From a candidate division Kazan bacterium RIFCSPHIGHO2_01_FULL_44_14 (GTDB taxonomy: Bacteria > Patescibacteriota > Kazan-3B-28), in contig METB01000001.1 in assembly GCA_001771185.1 (NCBI GenBank), forward strand, positions 310,848-374,847: a DNA stretch of 64,000 nucleotides. Direction: 5' to 3'. The position numbers were made by a program, and so were the translations under genes. Under the pieces are notes generated by a model that saw only the letters and a list, made by a program, of their open reading frames with translations, ran no database searches and was not told the origin of the DNA. Of the stretch, positions 17,866-27,165 are shown piece after piece (positions within the stretch are counted from its first letter, which is position 1; each line of letters opens with the position of its first letter).

Positions 17866-20094
17866 CTATTGTACCGTAATCGTCCAACCAAACATCGGAC
17901 CAAACCAAGTCACATGTTCGGCTACAAACCGAAATTCTTCTTGATACGAACCGGGCTGACTGGGTGCTCGGACCATGAAGCTTAGAGTCAACTGTCCTCC
18001 AGGCGGAACTTTGACTCCAGCATTAATAATCCGATTGTTACTGATCCACGATAAGTATCGGAAGGGGCTGACTCGATCAAGCGGAGTAGCCGTTCCAATT
18101 CGAACTTCGCCCAACCGCTGGGTCCCAGCTCCTTGGGCCTGCCAAGTGGTTTGACCAAGATTAACCACCGTCACCGACAGTTGAGCGGTATCACCAGGAC
18201 GAAGCGTAACCGAACCGCTTTGATTAACAATAGTCAATTGATAATCGACTGGGTTACTGCTAACCGAGTTGAGATCGGTTTGGGTGGTCAGCCCATTAAC
18301 CGGCTCAACCGAAATGTCCCAATAAATTCCTAGATCATTTAACCAACTAGCATATTCAACTACCGGCCGAAAATATTCCCGATGGTGACCGACCTGGCTC
18401 GCTTTGATCGGAAAAGTGAACCGAACGGTCCCTCCGGGCAGAACTACATTGGGAGCCATGTAAGTAACTCGATTGGCTGACAGCCAGTCATCAGTTGTAA
18501 ATGAACTGATTCGATCCAATGGCCGATCAGTACCCAATTTGATGATGCCGTGTCCGTCCAAACTGGCTTGCGGGTCGCTGATCCACATCACATTGCCAGT
18601 ATTTTTTACTTCCACCCATAAATCTTGAGTCGCTCCCAAGACCAACCTGGGATAAGGACTCTGCCCAACCCATTTCATGGCATAAGTCGTTTTTGACGGA
18701 GCAGTAAATTGGATCGGAGCTTTGACGGTTAACGATGAATGAGTGGTATTGTTGGTGAAAGTTAATTCTCTGGATCCGGGGACAGTTGATGCAACTCGAA
18801 AAGAAATTTGACCCAATAGATTTGATTGGCCGAGTGACATTGTGCCAGTAGCCGATACGGGTTGTCCATTAATAAGAACATTAGAACCGTTGGCTCGGAC
18901 TAAGATTTCTTGGTTGGGCTTGGCATGCCCTACATCATCCCGCACCGTGACGGTGACAGTAGCAAAGTTCACTCCATCTGCCACTACCACACCGTTAGCG
19001 ATCGAAACATCTCCGCGTTCAGTTACCGAGTTAACCGCTAATAATTTGGGGATATTTAAAATACCAGCCCCGAAGGTGGTTTGACTACCGCTATTGATCA
19101 CATCACTACTGCCTTTGAGTGCACTTTCTAACACACTGGGGGATAGTCCGGAAAAGCGACCCAACATCAAGGCGGCAGCAGCGGTGACTTGAGCAGTAGC
19201 GAACGAAGTTCCGTCACCAATCATATAATCGCCGGTGGGGCCATTCACCAAACCAGCCATGGTGATGTCAGTCCCTGGCGCTGACAGATCGATACCTTCA
19301 CCCACACTTGCAAATGGCGGATGTTGGTCGTGAGCATCGACCGCAGTGACGGCGATGACATTAGGATAGGCGGCCGGGAAATAAACGGGTTTACCGCTCC
19401 GATTACCGACTGCGGCGATCATCGGAACTCCGCGATTGACCGAATAATTAACTGCGCTCGATAAAATTGCGCTGTCGCTAGCCGAACCAAAACTCATATT
19501 AATAATCGAAGCGCCATTGTCGACAGCATACCGAATGGCTTGGGCGATATCCTGAAAATCGCCGCCGCCATTATCATCAAGCGCCTTTAATATCATCAAC
19601 CTGGCGTTCCAATCAATCCCAGCAATTCCGGTACTATTATTGGTCTTGGCAGCAATGATACTAGCGATCCCGGTACCATGACCATTAGCATCAATGATGT
19701 TGTTGGTATCATTGAAAAAATTGTAGCCGTAGTAATCATCAGCATAGCCGTTGCCGTCATCGTCCTTGTTATTATTAGGAGTTTCACGTTGATTCACCCA
19801 CAACTTCCCAGCCAATTCAGGGTGGCTCAAATCAATTCCGGTATCGATCACTGCGATCACCAAATTGGTACCTTGGGTAATGTCCCAGGCGGCAGGAGCC
19901 CCAATTCGTTGAAGATACCACTGCTTGGAATAAAGTGGGTCGTTGGGCAACGACTGGATTGTCAACTGATGCTCGCTGACTGATTGGGTAATCCATCCGG
20001 CAATATGGATCGGCAAATCGGATTGGGCTAATACTGGCGAGACCCAACTTAGCGACAAAATAGTACTAAAGACAACTACGAGGAATTTACGCAT
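17866..20094 (-). CDS. Secreted subtilisin-like serine protease (S8) with tandem C-terminal Ig-like domains.
   Basis: It has a signal peptide and the catalytic triad contexts VIDTGIDLSHPEL (Asp), HGTGIASIIAA (His) and GTSFATAQVTAAAAL (Ser). Two ~110-aa C-terminal repeats (..LGTDRPLDRISSFTTDDWLSANRV.. and ..GTATPLDRVSPFRYLSWISNNRI..) resemble the N-terminus of the L,D-transpeptidase at 56363. Confidence 0.85.
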   Translation of the reverse strand: MRKFLVVVFSTILSLSWVSPVLAQSDLPIHIAGWITQSVSEHQLTIQSLPNDPLYSKQWYLQRIGAPAAWDITQGTNLVIAVIDTGIDLSHPELAGKLWVNQRETPNNNKDDDGNGYADDYYGYNFFNDTNNIIDANGHGTGIASIIAAKTNNSTGIAGIDWNARLMILKALDDNGGGDFQDIAQAIRYAVDNGASIINMSFGSASDSAILSSAVNYSVNRGVPMIAAVGNRSGKPVYFPAAYPNVIAVTAVDAHDQHPPFASVGEGIDLSAPGTDITMAGLVNGPTGDYMIGDGTSFATAQVTAAAALMLGRFSGLSPSVLESALKGSSDVINSGSQTTFGAGILNIPKLLAVNSVTERGDVSIANGVVVADGVNFATVTVTVRDDVGHAKPNQEILVRANGSNVLINGQPVSATGTMSLGQSNLLGQISFRVASTVPGSRELTFTNNTTHSSLTVKAPIQFTAPSKTTYAMKWVGQSPYPRLVLGATQDLWVEVKNTGNVMWISDPQASLDGHGIIKLGTDRPLDRISSFTTDDWLSANRVTYMAPNVVLPGGTVRFTFPIKASQVGHHREYFRPVVEYASWLNDLGIYWDISVEPVNGLTTQTDLNSVSSNPVDYQLTIVNQSGSVTLRPGDTAQLSVTVVNLGQTTWQAQGAGTQRLGEVRIGTATPLDRVSPFRYLSWISNNRIINAGVKVPPGGQLTLSFMVRAPSQPGSYQEEFRFVAEHVTWFGPMFGWTITVQ

Positions 20095-20182
20095 AGGTTT
20101 ATTCTATCATCTTAATACTCCGCCTGGTTTGACAGAACATTACCAGTTAAACTAGAATCAAGTACGTTGAGTTGGAATCTTA

Positions 20183-20307
20183 TGGGGACCCCGAAATGGT
20201 CTAGTTCCGATGAATAGAGGAACGAACATTTTGGGGAAGAGGAGCAACGCCGAGTCCTAATAGGTCAGTGAGTTTACCGAACTGACCGTTAAGACGAGGC
20301 CGTTGCG
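20183..20307. ncRNA. Copy 1 of a ~125-nt element predicted to fold into stem-loops (CCCCGAAAUG..GUUCC..GGAAC..CAUUUUGGGG, then GCAACG..GGUCAG..CUGACC..CGUUGC); candidate ncRNA or structured spacer.
   Basis: It is nearly identical to 30522-30645 and partly conserved at 30863-30940, where the substitutions are compensatory. It abuts a tRNA(-fragment) boundary. Confidence 0.45.
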
Positions 20308-20379
20308 TCTTGGGTCCGTAGCTCCAGCCCGCAAAGCTACGCTTAGCGTTGCTGGCGGGTAGTGGTAAAGCAATAAATT

Positions 20380-20628
20380 ATGCACTACACCTATGTTCTA
20401 CAATCAAAACTAGACGGACATCTCTATGTGGGATGTACTGCTAACTTGATGGCTCGTATAGAGACGCACAACTCTGGTGCGGTATCGTCTACCCGTTCGC
20501 GTAGACCCTTAGAACTGGTGTATTATGAGGCATGTTTGTCTGAAAAGCTGGCACATACTCGGGAACAACAATTAAAAACAGGGTTTGGTCGAGCTTATTT
20601 AAAGAGACGTCTTGGGTCCGTAGCTTAG
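20380..20628 (+). CDS. GIY-YIG domain protein (UPF0213/YhbQ-like small nuclease).
   Basis: It reads YTYVLQSKLDGHLYVGCTANLMARIETHN...RPLELVYYE...REQQLK, a GIY-YIG core of the right length. Its last codons and stop lie inside the tRNA-Lys gene. Confidence 0.7.
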   Translation: MHYTYVLQSKLDGHLYVGCTANLMARIETHNSGAVSSTRSRRPLELVYYEACLSEKLAHTREQQLKTGFGRAYLKRRLGSVA

Positions 20629-20687
20629 TGGTAAAGCAGTTGCCTTTTAAGCAATTGATGCAGGTCCGATTCCTGCCGGACCCACCA
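20614..20687 (+). tRNA. tRNA-Lys (anticodon TTT).
   Basis: The cloverleaf was read by eye: acceptor GGGTCCG/CGGACCC, D-arm GCTTAGTGGTAAAGC, anticodon loop CTTTTAA, T-arm CAGGTCCGATTCCTG, and an encoded CCA. A terminator hairpin follows. Confidence 0.8.
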
Positions 20688-20691
20688 AATA

Positions 20692-20718
20692 AAAATCCAC
20701 CGTCTGGTGGATTTTGTA
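20692..20718 (+). terminator. Rho-independent terminator after tRNA-Lys.
   Basis: It is the hairpin ATCCACCGTCTGGTGGAT followed by TTTGTATTT. Confidence 0.6.
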
Positions 20719-20787
20719 TTTGAGTGTGGTTCGGTACGGAATTGGACCTTTGGCGTCAGCCAATAGGTTCGTTCACAAAGCCACCTT

Positions 20788-21702
20788 CTACATCGTTGGT
20801 TGCCAGTGGGCTAATTTGTCCAACAAATTTTGCCGATCAAGTTCCTCGGCAACACTAGGCGGATTAACTTTGATCCGCTCATTTTGACTGGTCAAACCAA
20901 AGTCGAGCATAAATGAAATGGGAACCCCTTCAATCAAGTAAATATCAGTCACTTTAATCCGAGCCAATTGGAAAGTGCGTTTGTTAATCCAAACATCTGC
21001 TGTGTAAGTAGTCAGCGAGTCCAACCCAGTCGGAACAGGGGAACCGGTAATTTGGCTAATCCGAGTAAGCAAAGATCGCAGATTATCGCCCTGGAGTTTG
21101 CCTTGATAATGATATGACCGTTGACCAAAAGCGGTTTCGTCTGGGAATGTCTGGGTCGCTTCCAATAAAGTTGAATCGGCGATTACATCATGGATCATTA
21201 ATGATTGCTCGGAGGTCAGCCCGCCTGATGTCGGCAAAGTGCCTAATTTATTGCCGTCACTGTCCAAACTAGGTTGTTTGATCCGATACCAACGGCTGTC
21301 AGCGCCAAGTGATATTGGTAGCAAAGTCGGAAGATCTAAGTCGGTTAATTTGAAATAAGTGTAGTCGGACAACCCGATCAATTGACCAGTTAATTTAATA
21401 TTGCCCTGATCAGAGGTGGCCTGGACATCGGCCTGCAAAGAAAATTGAGGAGTGGCTGGATCCTCATTAATCACATCCCCAGTCAAATGAAGTTGCGCAC
21501 TAGTAATTCTCCCGCCTAAAGCACTTGGAAGATTACCGGTTAAATTAAGCGTGGCATCGTAATGAAAACTCTGCAGGTCGGATGACGCTTGAGTGAACCG
21601 CTGGATTACTTCATCGGCGCTCAAGGTCTTAATCGAACAACCAGATAATAGCAATCCAACTGTTAGTATTAACGCCCCCAATTGTCGTCCTGGTCTAGTC
21701 AT
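20788..21702 (-). CDS. Hypothetical lipoprotein.
   Basis: It has a lipobox (LLLSGC) after a signal peptide and no recognisable catalytic motif. Confidence 0.5.
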   Translation of the reverse strand: MTRPGRQLGALILTVGLLLSGCSIKTLSADEVIQRFTQASSDLQSFHYDATLNLTGNLPSALGGRITSAQLHLTGDVINEDPATPQFSLQADVQATSDQGNIKLTGQLIGLSDYTYFKLTDLDLPTLLPISLGADSRWYRIKQPSLDSDGNKLGTLPTSGGLTSEQSLMIHDVIADSTLLEATQTFPDETAFGQRSYHYQGKLQGDNLRSLLTRISQITGSPVPTGLDSLTTYTADVWINKRTFQLARIKVTDIYLIEGVPISFMLDFGLTSQNERIKVNPPSVAEELDRQNLLDKLAHWQPTM

Positions 21703-21767
21703 ATTTATTATTATACCAGGGTGGAGTCAGCCGGTGATGGCTGTATAATGGAGCAGGAGGTGGGTCA

Positions 21768-22301
21768 ATGAACCTGCGGCAAATCAGCAGTATGAAAGAG
21801 GTGCCGGTTTTGGATTTAGAGACCGGTGATTTGCTGGGCCACATTGCCAGTTGGGTAATTCACCCCCGTGACCAGCGGATTGCCGCTTGGCTTTTGGGTA
21901 GAAATAAATTATTCCAAGCCCCCCTGGCAGTGGTGACTGCCGACATCGCTGAATACGGCCCCCGCATGGTGGTAGTGCGTGACAGCCAAACCGTAATCCG
22001 CCCCGACGAGGTGGTGGGACTACCTGAATTAATTACCGCCAGAATGGTGGTAGTGGGATTCCAGGCCACCACCGTACAAGGTCGGGTACTTGGATCAGTC
22101 ACCGATCTGGTATTTGATACAATTAGCTCCCAGATTCAACAATATTACATTCGGCCACAGAGTATGGCTGGGTTTTTACAAAATGATTTGGTGTTACCAG
22201 CCAACCAAGTGACCCGGATCGAATCCAATCGAGTGGTATTTTCCGAAGGAGTCGAAGCCATTCCGATAGTCAACCCGCGGAAACAAGTTCAAACTGCTTA
22301 G
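21768..22301 (+). CDS. Hypothetical protein, possibly a tandem PRC-barrel domain.
   Basis: It is 177 aa with a weak PRC-barrel-like pattern; call is tentative. Confidence 0.3.
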   Translation: MNLRQISSMKEVPVLDLETGDLLGHIASWVIHPRDQRIAAWLLGRNKLFQAPLAVVTADIAEYGPRMVVVRDSQTVIRPDEVVGLPELITARMVVVGFQATTVQGRVLGSVTDLVFDTISSQIQQYYIRPQSMAGFLQNDLVLPANQVTRIESNRVVFSEGVEAIPIVNPRKQVQTA

Positions 22302-23002
22302 GTGATTTGAACGAAACCTAATTTTTGGAGTTCTTGCTTAACTTTGGAATAGTGAGGCAATTCTTGGAGTTTGGCAAACTCTTTTTTAACCACAATCGGC
22401 GAGAGTTTCTTGATTAGATTGGCGTGGGTTTTAATCGCCCTTAAAGTGGTGGGGTCGTATTTAAACCCAAGCAAATGCCGGAACCGAATGGCTCGGAGCA
22501 GACGGATTGGGTCTTCTTGGAATCGAATTGCCGGATCACCGATGACGCGAATGATTTTATTATTGATATCAGCCAAACCCCCGTGGTAATCGAAATATTT
22601 CCCTGACTTGGGATTTAAATAAATTGCATTGATAGTTAAATCGCGACGGGGAGCGTCTTCAGCAGCCACCGGTACAAATCGAATTGCATCTGGATAGCGT
22701 TTAACTTGTTCAAAATTGGTCCGATAAATATCCTGGCGAAAGGTAGCCACTTCATAAACCACATTATTGTAGCGAAACGACACCACCCCAAACCGTTCGT
22801 CCACCGAAGTCGGGATAATATGATTTTTTTTCAAAACACTAATCACTTGTTTAGGTTTAGCACTGGTAGCAATATCAACATCAAATCGATCTGACTCCAA
22901 TTTTAACAGCCGGTCCCGGACCTGATTCCCTACCAAATAAGCCGAGAACCCGGCATCCTGCAGCCAAAATACGGGAGTATTGATCTCTTGTCTACGCATC
23001 AA
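22298..23002 (-). CDS. cca: tRNA nucleotidyltransferase / poly(A) polymerase family (CCA-adding enzyme head domain).
   Basis: It reads GFSAYLVGNQVRDRLL..SDRFDVDIAT and RRDLTINAIY, the Pol-beta-like head of class II CCA enzymes. At 234 aa it is short. Confidence 0.7.
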   Translation of the reverse strand: MMRRQEINTPVFWLQDAGFSAYLVGNQVRDRLLKLESDRFDVDIATSAKPKQVISVLKKNHIIPTSVDERFGVVSFRYNNVVYEVATFRQDIYRTNFEQVKRYPDAIRFVPVAAEDAPRRDLTINAIYLNPKSGKYFDYHGGLADINNKIIRVIGDPAIRFQEDPIRLLRAIRFRHLLGFKYDPTTLRAIKTHANLIKKLSPIVVKKEFAKLQELPHYSKVKQELQKLGFVQIT

Positions 23003-23786
23003 CTGGAAGATGAAAAATATGACGAGCGTTCATTGTGGTTGTGTCTTCAACTTGTTTAATTGGTAGTCCCTTGAGTTCGGCGATTTGTTTGGCCACTTCA
23101 GCAACATGAACCGGCTCTGACCGCTGACCTTTTAACTGCCAGGGCGGGAGATAAGGGCAATCTGTCTCAATTATAATCCGCTCAAGAGGAATTATCTTAA
23201 CGGCCTCTTGAAGAGAATCGTTCTTAGGGTAGGTGATTAAATTGTTTAAACCAATATAAAAGCCCAGCTTCAGAAACTTTTGGACATAAGTCGGTCCGGC
23301 GGCAAAAGAATGGATTACCCCTGGCAACCGGCCATTCAGACGGGGAAGATACTCTTGTTCTAGAACGCTTAGAACTTCTGTATAGGCATCTCGACAATGC
23401 AAAACTACTGGCTTTTCAACCTGCACGGCCAAGTTGAGTTGGGCCCGAAAAGCCACTAATTGATTATCGTGGCTGGAAATACTCCGGAAATAATCCAGTC
23501 CAATTTCGCCAATGGCCACCACTTTTTGGCTCCGAGCCAAGTTCCGAATCTGCTCGGCAACTGACGAGAAGTTATCCGCGTAATGAGGATGAACACCTAC
23601 GGTAGTATAGATTTCCCGATAACGATGGGCTAAATTTACGGACTCCTGCGAGGTGGTCAGGTCGGTGCCAACATTAACTAGCATCACAACCCCTTGGGTG
23701 AACGCTCGTTCAATCACCGTCTCCATGTCTTGACGAAACTCGGGAAAATTGAGATGGGTATGCGTATCAATTAACGCCATAATCAC
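22992..23786 (-). CDS. tatD: TatD-family metal-dependent hydrolase (DNase).
   Basis: It has the N-terminal IDTHTHL motif and a TIM-barrel pattern, at a length of ~260 aa. Confidence 0.8.
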   Translation of the reverse strand: MIMALIDTHTHLNFPEFRQDMETVIERAFTQGVVMLVNVGTDLTTSQESVNLAHRYREIYTTVGVHPHYADNFSSVAEQIRNLARSQKVVAIGEIGLDYFRSISSHDNQLVAFRAQLNLAVQVEKPVVLHCRDAYTEVLSVLEQEYLPRLNGRLPGVIHSFAAGPTYVQKFLKLGFYIGLNNLITYPKNDSLQEAVKIIPLERIIIETDCPYLPPWQLKGQRSEPVHVAEVAKQIAELKGLPIKQVEDTTTMNARHIFHLPVDA

Positions 23787-24631
23787 TTGATCAAACTGAC
23801 CCAGACGACTAACCCGGCAATCACTACACTAGCAATTATATTTTTCATTCGCCACTGCTCATACAGAAATAGAACCGACAAGACATAAACTAGAATAGGG
23901 GAGAGGGTAAAAATAAAAATTGTTTCGCTGACACTCCGGGCGACAAAAGCCATGTAAGTGGCTGTCATGGAAGCAACTGCCAGAGCCCCAAGTATGCCAA
24001 AAATAGCCCAGTGGTGGGGCTTGATAATTTTAAAATTGGGCCAAGCCACCAATGATAAAGTTATTAGCACGAAACTTGAGCGAATTAGATAAAGGGCAAT
24101 CGGTTCGTAAACGGTGAGTAGGGTTTTCACGGCCGAGGCCTCCAACCCATAAATCAAAGAGAACCCAATAATCGCCATCAGACCACGAGTTAGGGTCAGT
24201 TTATGTTTATGCCAATGGCTCCAGACCAAGATAACACTAGCAATGGCGGCCGCAACATAGACCAACCAAATCCGTTCACTCGGATAAAACAAACCAGCAA
24301 TCAAAATTGCCACAAGCGGATTAAACAGCAAAAATGGTTCGACTTCAGAAATCTTTTCCCGCTCGATTGCCCAATAAAACAGTAAATTAGCAGCGGTAGC
24401 CAAAAGAATCACCCCGACCAGCAATTGCCAGACCGACTGCATCTGGGCGGGGGTTGGCCAATGCACAAAAAACGGGGCGGTCATCAGCAGTACAAATACG
24501 ATTCCGACAAATTGCAGCCAATTAAATTCCCGACTGGTCAACCGGCCATATCGGCGAAAAAAACTTTTGACGATGGTCATATACGACGCATCGGCCAATA
24601 CCGCGATAATGGGGAGAAGGATAACCGGCAT
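23783..24631 (-). CDS. DMT/EamA-family membrane transporter.
   Basis: It has ~10 predicted TM helices arranged as two EamA-like halves. Confidence 0.5.
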   Translation of the reverse strand: MPVILLPIIAVLADASYMTIVKSFFRRYGRLTSREFNWLQFVGIVFVLLMTAPFFVHWPTPAQMQSVWQLLVGVILLATAANLLFYWAIEREKISEVEPFLLFNPLVAILIAGLFYPSERIWLVYVAAAIASVILVWSHWHKHKLTLTRGLMAIIGFSLIYGLEASAVKTLLTVYEPIALYLIRSSFVLITLSLVAWPNFKIIKPHHWAIFGILGALAVASMTATYMAFVARSVSETIFIFTLSPILVYVLSVLFLYEQWRMKNIIASVVIAGLVVWVSLIK

Positions 24632-26137
24632 TTAATTTTGCTTAGGAAATAAAATTTCTGATTGGCCAAGTTGATGACCTTCAAGCAATCCGCCCCACTG
24701 GGTCTCTTTGACAAAATCGAAAGCATCTGGATTGATTGGTTCAAGCCCAAGTTGACGACGAATCCGGTCAGAGGTGGTGGGAAGAAAGGGATAAAGCATG
24801 ATACTGATTTGTCGCAAACTTTCAAGCATTTGGTATAAATCGTTGCCAACCGCATCGGGCTGGGTCTTAACCAGTTCCCACGGTTTAGTGGTATCAATAT
24901 ATTTGTTGCCTTCACTTACCATGGTCAACACGCTCTGAAGCGCAGCGTCTAACTCTAGCCCATCCATATGGTTTTGGTAGACACCCCATGATGGATTGAG
25001 CGAGACCGACGACACAGACGCCGGGACTTTATCGCCACAATATTTTTCAGCCATCATTAAGATCCGACTGACCAAATTACCTAAATCATTAGCCAACGCA
25101 GAATTATAAATTTCTTCAAATCGGATAGCAGAATAATCGCCATCACCCAGAGTGGGAATTTCTCGAAGTAGATAATACCGCACCGCATCTACCCCCCAAC
25201 GGTCGATTAACTCGACCGGATCCACAACATTGCCAAACGATTTACTCATTTTCTGACCATCAGACAAAATATGGCCGTGGACTAAGATTTGCTTTGGCAG
25301 AACCTCGCCAATGCTGGTTAGCATCGCTGGCCAGAACAGAGCATGGAACCGAAGGATGTCTTTCCCGATTACATGGACATCGGCCGGCCAGTATTTTTTA
25401 AATTTGGCCGGATTGTCAACATAGCCGATAGCGCTGATGTAATTAGTCAAAGCGTCGGGCCAGACATACATCACTTGTGAATCATCACCGGGCACTGGTA
25501 CACCCCAAGATAATTTTTCTTTGGGACGAGAAAAACTGATGTCGGTCAAACCGGCGTTTACAAAATTCAACATCTCTTTTACCCGATGAGTCGGCAAGAT
25601 GAAAGTGGGTTGCTCAAGAATCTTAGTTAATCGATCCTGATACTTCCCCAACTTGAACATATAGTTATCCTCCTCTAATTGGATAACCTTTTTATTGGCA
25701 TATTCGAGCGATTCGGCCTCGGTCTTGGTAATATAGGCCTCATCATTAACGCAATAATAGCCAGAGTAATGTCCCATTTCGATGTCGCCGTTGGCGACCA
25801 GTTTCTCCCAAACCCTTTGGGCCGTTGGCCAGTGACGCTTTTGATCTGTCGTCCGGATAAGGTCGGTATTGGAAATATTTAACCGCTGAATCAGGGTCTG
25901 GACTGATTCAGCCACTTCATCCACCCAGGTCTGCGGTGCCTTACCCTGCTCAATCGCTTTGTCATAAACCTTCACGCCGTGTTCATCGGTGCCAGTCAGG
26001 AAGTAGACATCATGGCCTTGTAACCGTTTCCACCGAGCGATAGCATCGGCTTGCAGCAATTCCAATGCAAACCCAATGTGGGGCTTAGCGTTGGAATAGA
26101 GAATGGAAGTAGTGATATAGAATTTTGGTTTGTCCAT
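24632..26137 (-). CDS. metG: Methionyl-tRNA synthetase (short form, no C-terminal tRNA-binding extension).
   Basis: It has the HIGH-region context SNAKPHIGFA, KMSKS (KMSKSFGN) and a MetRS Zn-knuckle-like region. Confidence 0.9.
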   Translation of the reverse strand: MDKPKFYITTSILYSNAKPHIGFALELLQADAIARWKRLQGHDVYFLTGTDEHGVKVYDKAIEQGKAPQTWVDEVAESVQTLIQRLNISNTDLIRTTDQKRHWPTAQRVWEKLVANGDIEMGHYSGYYCVNDEAYITKTEAESLEYANKKVIQLEEDNYMFKLGKYQDRLTKILEQPTFILPTHRVKEMLNFVNAGLTDISFSRPKEKLSWGVPVPGDDSQVMYVWPDALTNYISAIGYVDNPAKFKKYWPADVHVIGKDILRFHALFWPAMLTSIGEVLPKQILVHGHILSDGQKMSKSFGNVVDPVELIDRWGVDAVRYYLLREIPTLGDGDYSAIRFEEIYNSALANDLGNLVSRILMMAEKYCGDKVPASVSSVSLNPSWGVYQNHMDGLELDAALQSVLTMVSEGNKYIDTTKPWELVKTQPDAVGNDLYQMLESLRQISIMLYPFLPTTSDRIRRQLGLEPINPDAFDFVKETQWGGLLEGHQLGQSEILFPKQN

Positions 26138-26211
26138 AAAATCTGCTTCTAGGGCTAATTTTAATTCGTCCTCATTATATCGTAATCATCCATTTTGGGT
26201 ACAATAAGGAT

Positions 26212-26853
26212 ATGGTACAAGTGACTAAACTAAGTGTTCAGGTCCATAACCCCAACCGCGCCAATCTGTATGTGGACGGCAAATTTTATAAGGGCTTAGA
26301 CAAAATCGTGGCGGTCCGGCTGGGTCTAAGACCCGGTCTAACCCTAACTCCATTTTTAATTAGTCAGTTAGACCAACAACAGACCGCCAGCAGCGCCTGG
26401 GAGTTTGCCTTGCGCTCACTCCAACGCAGTCCCAAAAGTGTGAGCACTATGCGACGCAAACTGCAAGACAAGCTGTTCCCCGATGAGGTAGTCAATCAAA
26501 CAATCCAACGGCTAATCGATGGGAAAATTTTGGATGATGATTTGTTGGCTAATAATCTGGTGCGTTATTACAGCGCCAATGGCAAGCGCAGTCGTAAACA
26601 AATTTGGGCGTTACTCAAAACAAAACAGTTACCGACTTCGGTCATAAACGAGGCCTTGGCGAATATCGATGGGGGACAAGAATTTTTGGCCGCTCACAAA
26701 TTGGCCCAGCAAAAAAATCACCAGTGGCGAGAATTAGGATTCAAAGTCCGCCAACAAAAGATTGCTGGTTACTTAAACCAGCGAGGGTTCCAATACGCCG
26801 TAATCAAGCAAGTCATTGACCATAACCAACTAGATGCCGAGGAGTCGGCTTAA
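26212..26853 (+). CDS. recX: RecX-like regulatory protein.
   Basis: It shows the repeated three-helix RecX pattern (ALRSLQRSPKSVSTMRRKL..; ..LLANNLVRYYSANGKRSRKQIWALLKTKQL..). Confidence 0.6.
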   Translation: MVQVTKLSVQVHNPNRANLYVDGKFYKGLDKIVAVRLGLRPGLTLTPFLISQLDQQQTASSAWEFALRSLQRSPKSVSTMRRKLQDKLFPDEVVNQTIQRLIDGKILDDDLLANNLVRYYSANGKRSRKQIWALLKTKQLPTSVINEALANIDGGQEFLAAHKLAQQKNHQWRELGFKVRQQKIAGYLNQRGFQYAVIKQVIDHNQLDAEESA

Positions 26854-27084
26854 CCGGAGTTGATCAAAACCCACTACAACTTGTTCAGTCCCGTTGGCTA
26901 ATTTAATCACGCTAACTGGCACTGCCATCTGTTGGCTTTTTTGGACCATCTCTTTGCGAGCTTCCATGTCAGTCGCCACGTCTTTATTTTCAAAAGTCAC
27001 ACCATTAGTCGTTAGCCACTCTCTCAAGAGATGACAATAGTGGCAAGTGGGAGTGGAATAGATAGTAAAACCGGTAATTGGCAT
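26830..27084 (-). CDS. Glutaredoxin-like protein (NrdH / glutaredoxin family).
   Basis: It has a TPTCHYC CxxC motif in a thioredoxin-fold-sized 84-aa protein. Confidence 0.6.
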   Translation of the reverse strand: MPITGFTIYSTPTCHYCHLLREWLTTNGVTFENKDVATDMEARKEMVQKSQQMAVPVSVIKLANGTEQVVVGFDQLRLSRLLGI

Positions 27085-27165
27085 GGCAAAAAATTAATGG
27101 GATTATAATCCGACCATCATCGCATTTTGCGGGACCCCGCCATCGGCGGTGGCAAATCGGCTTAC

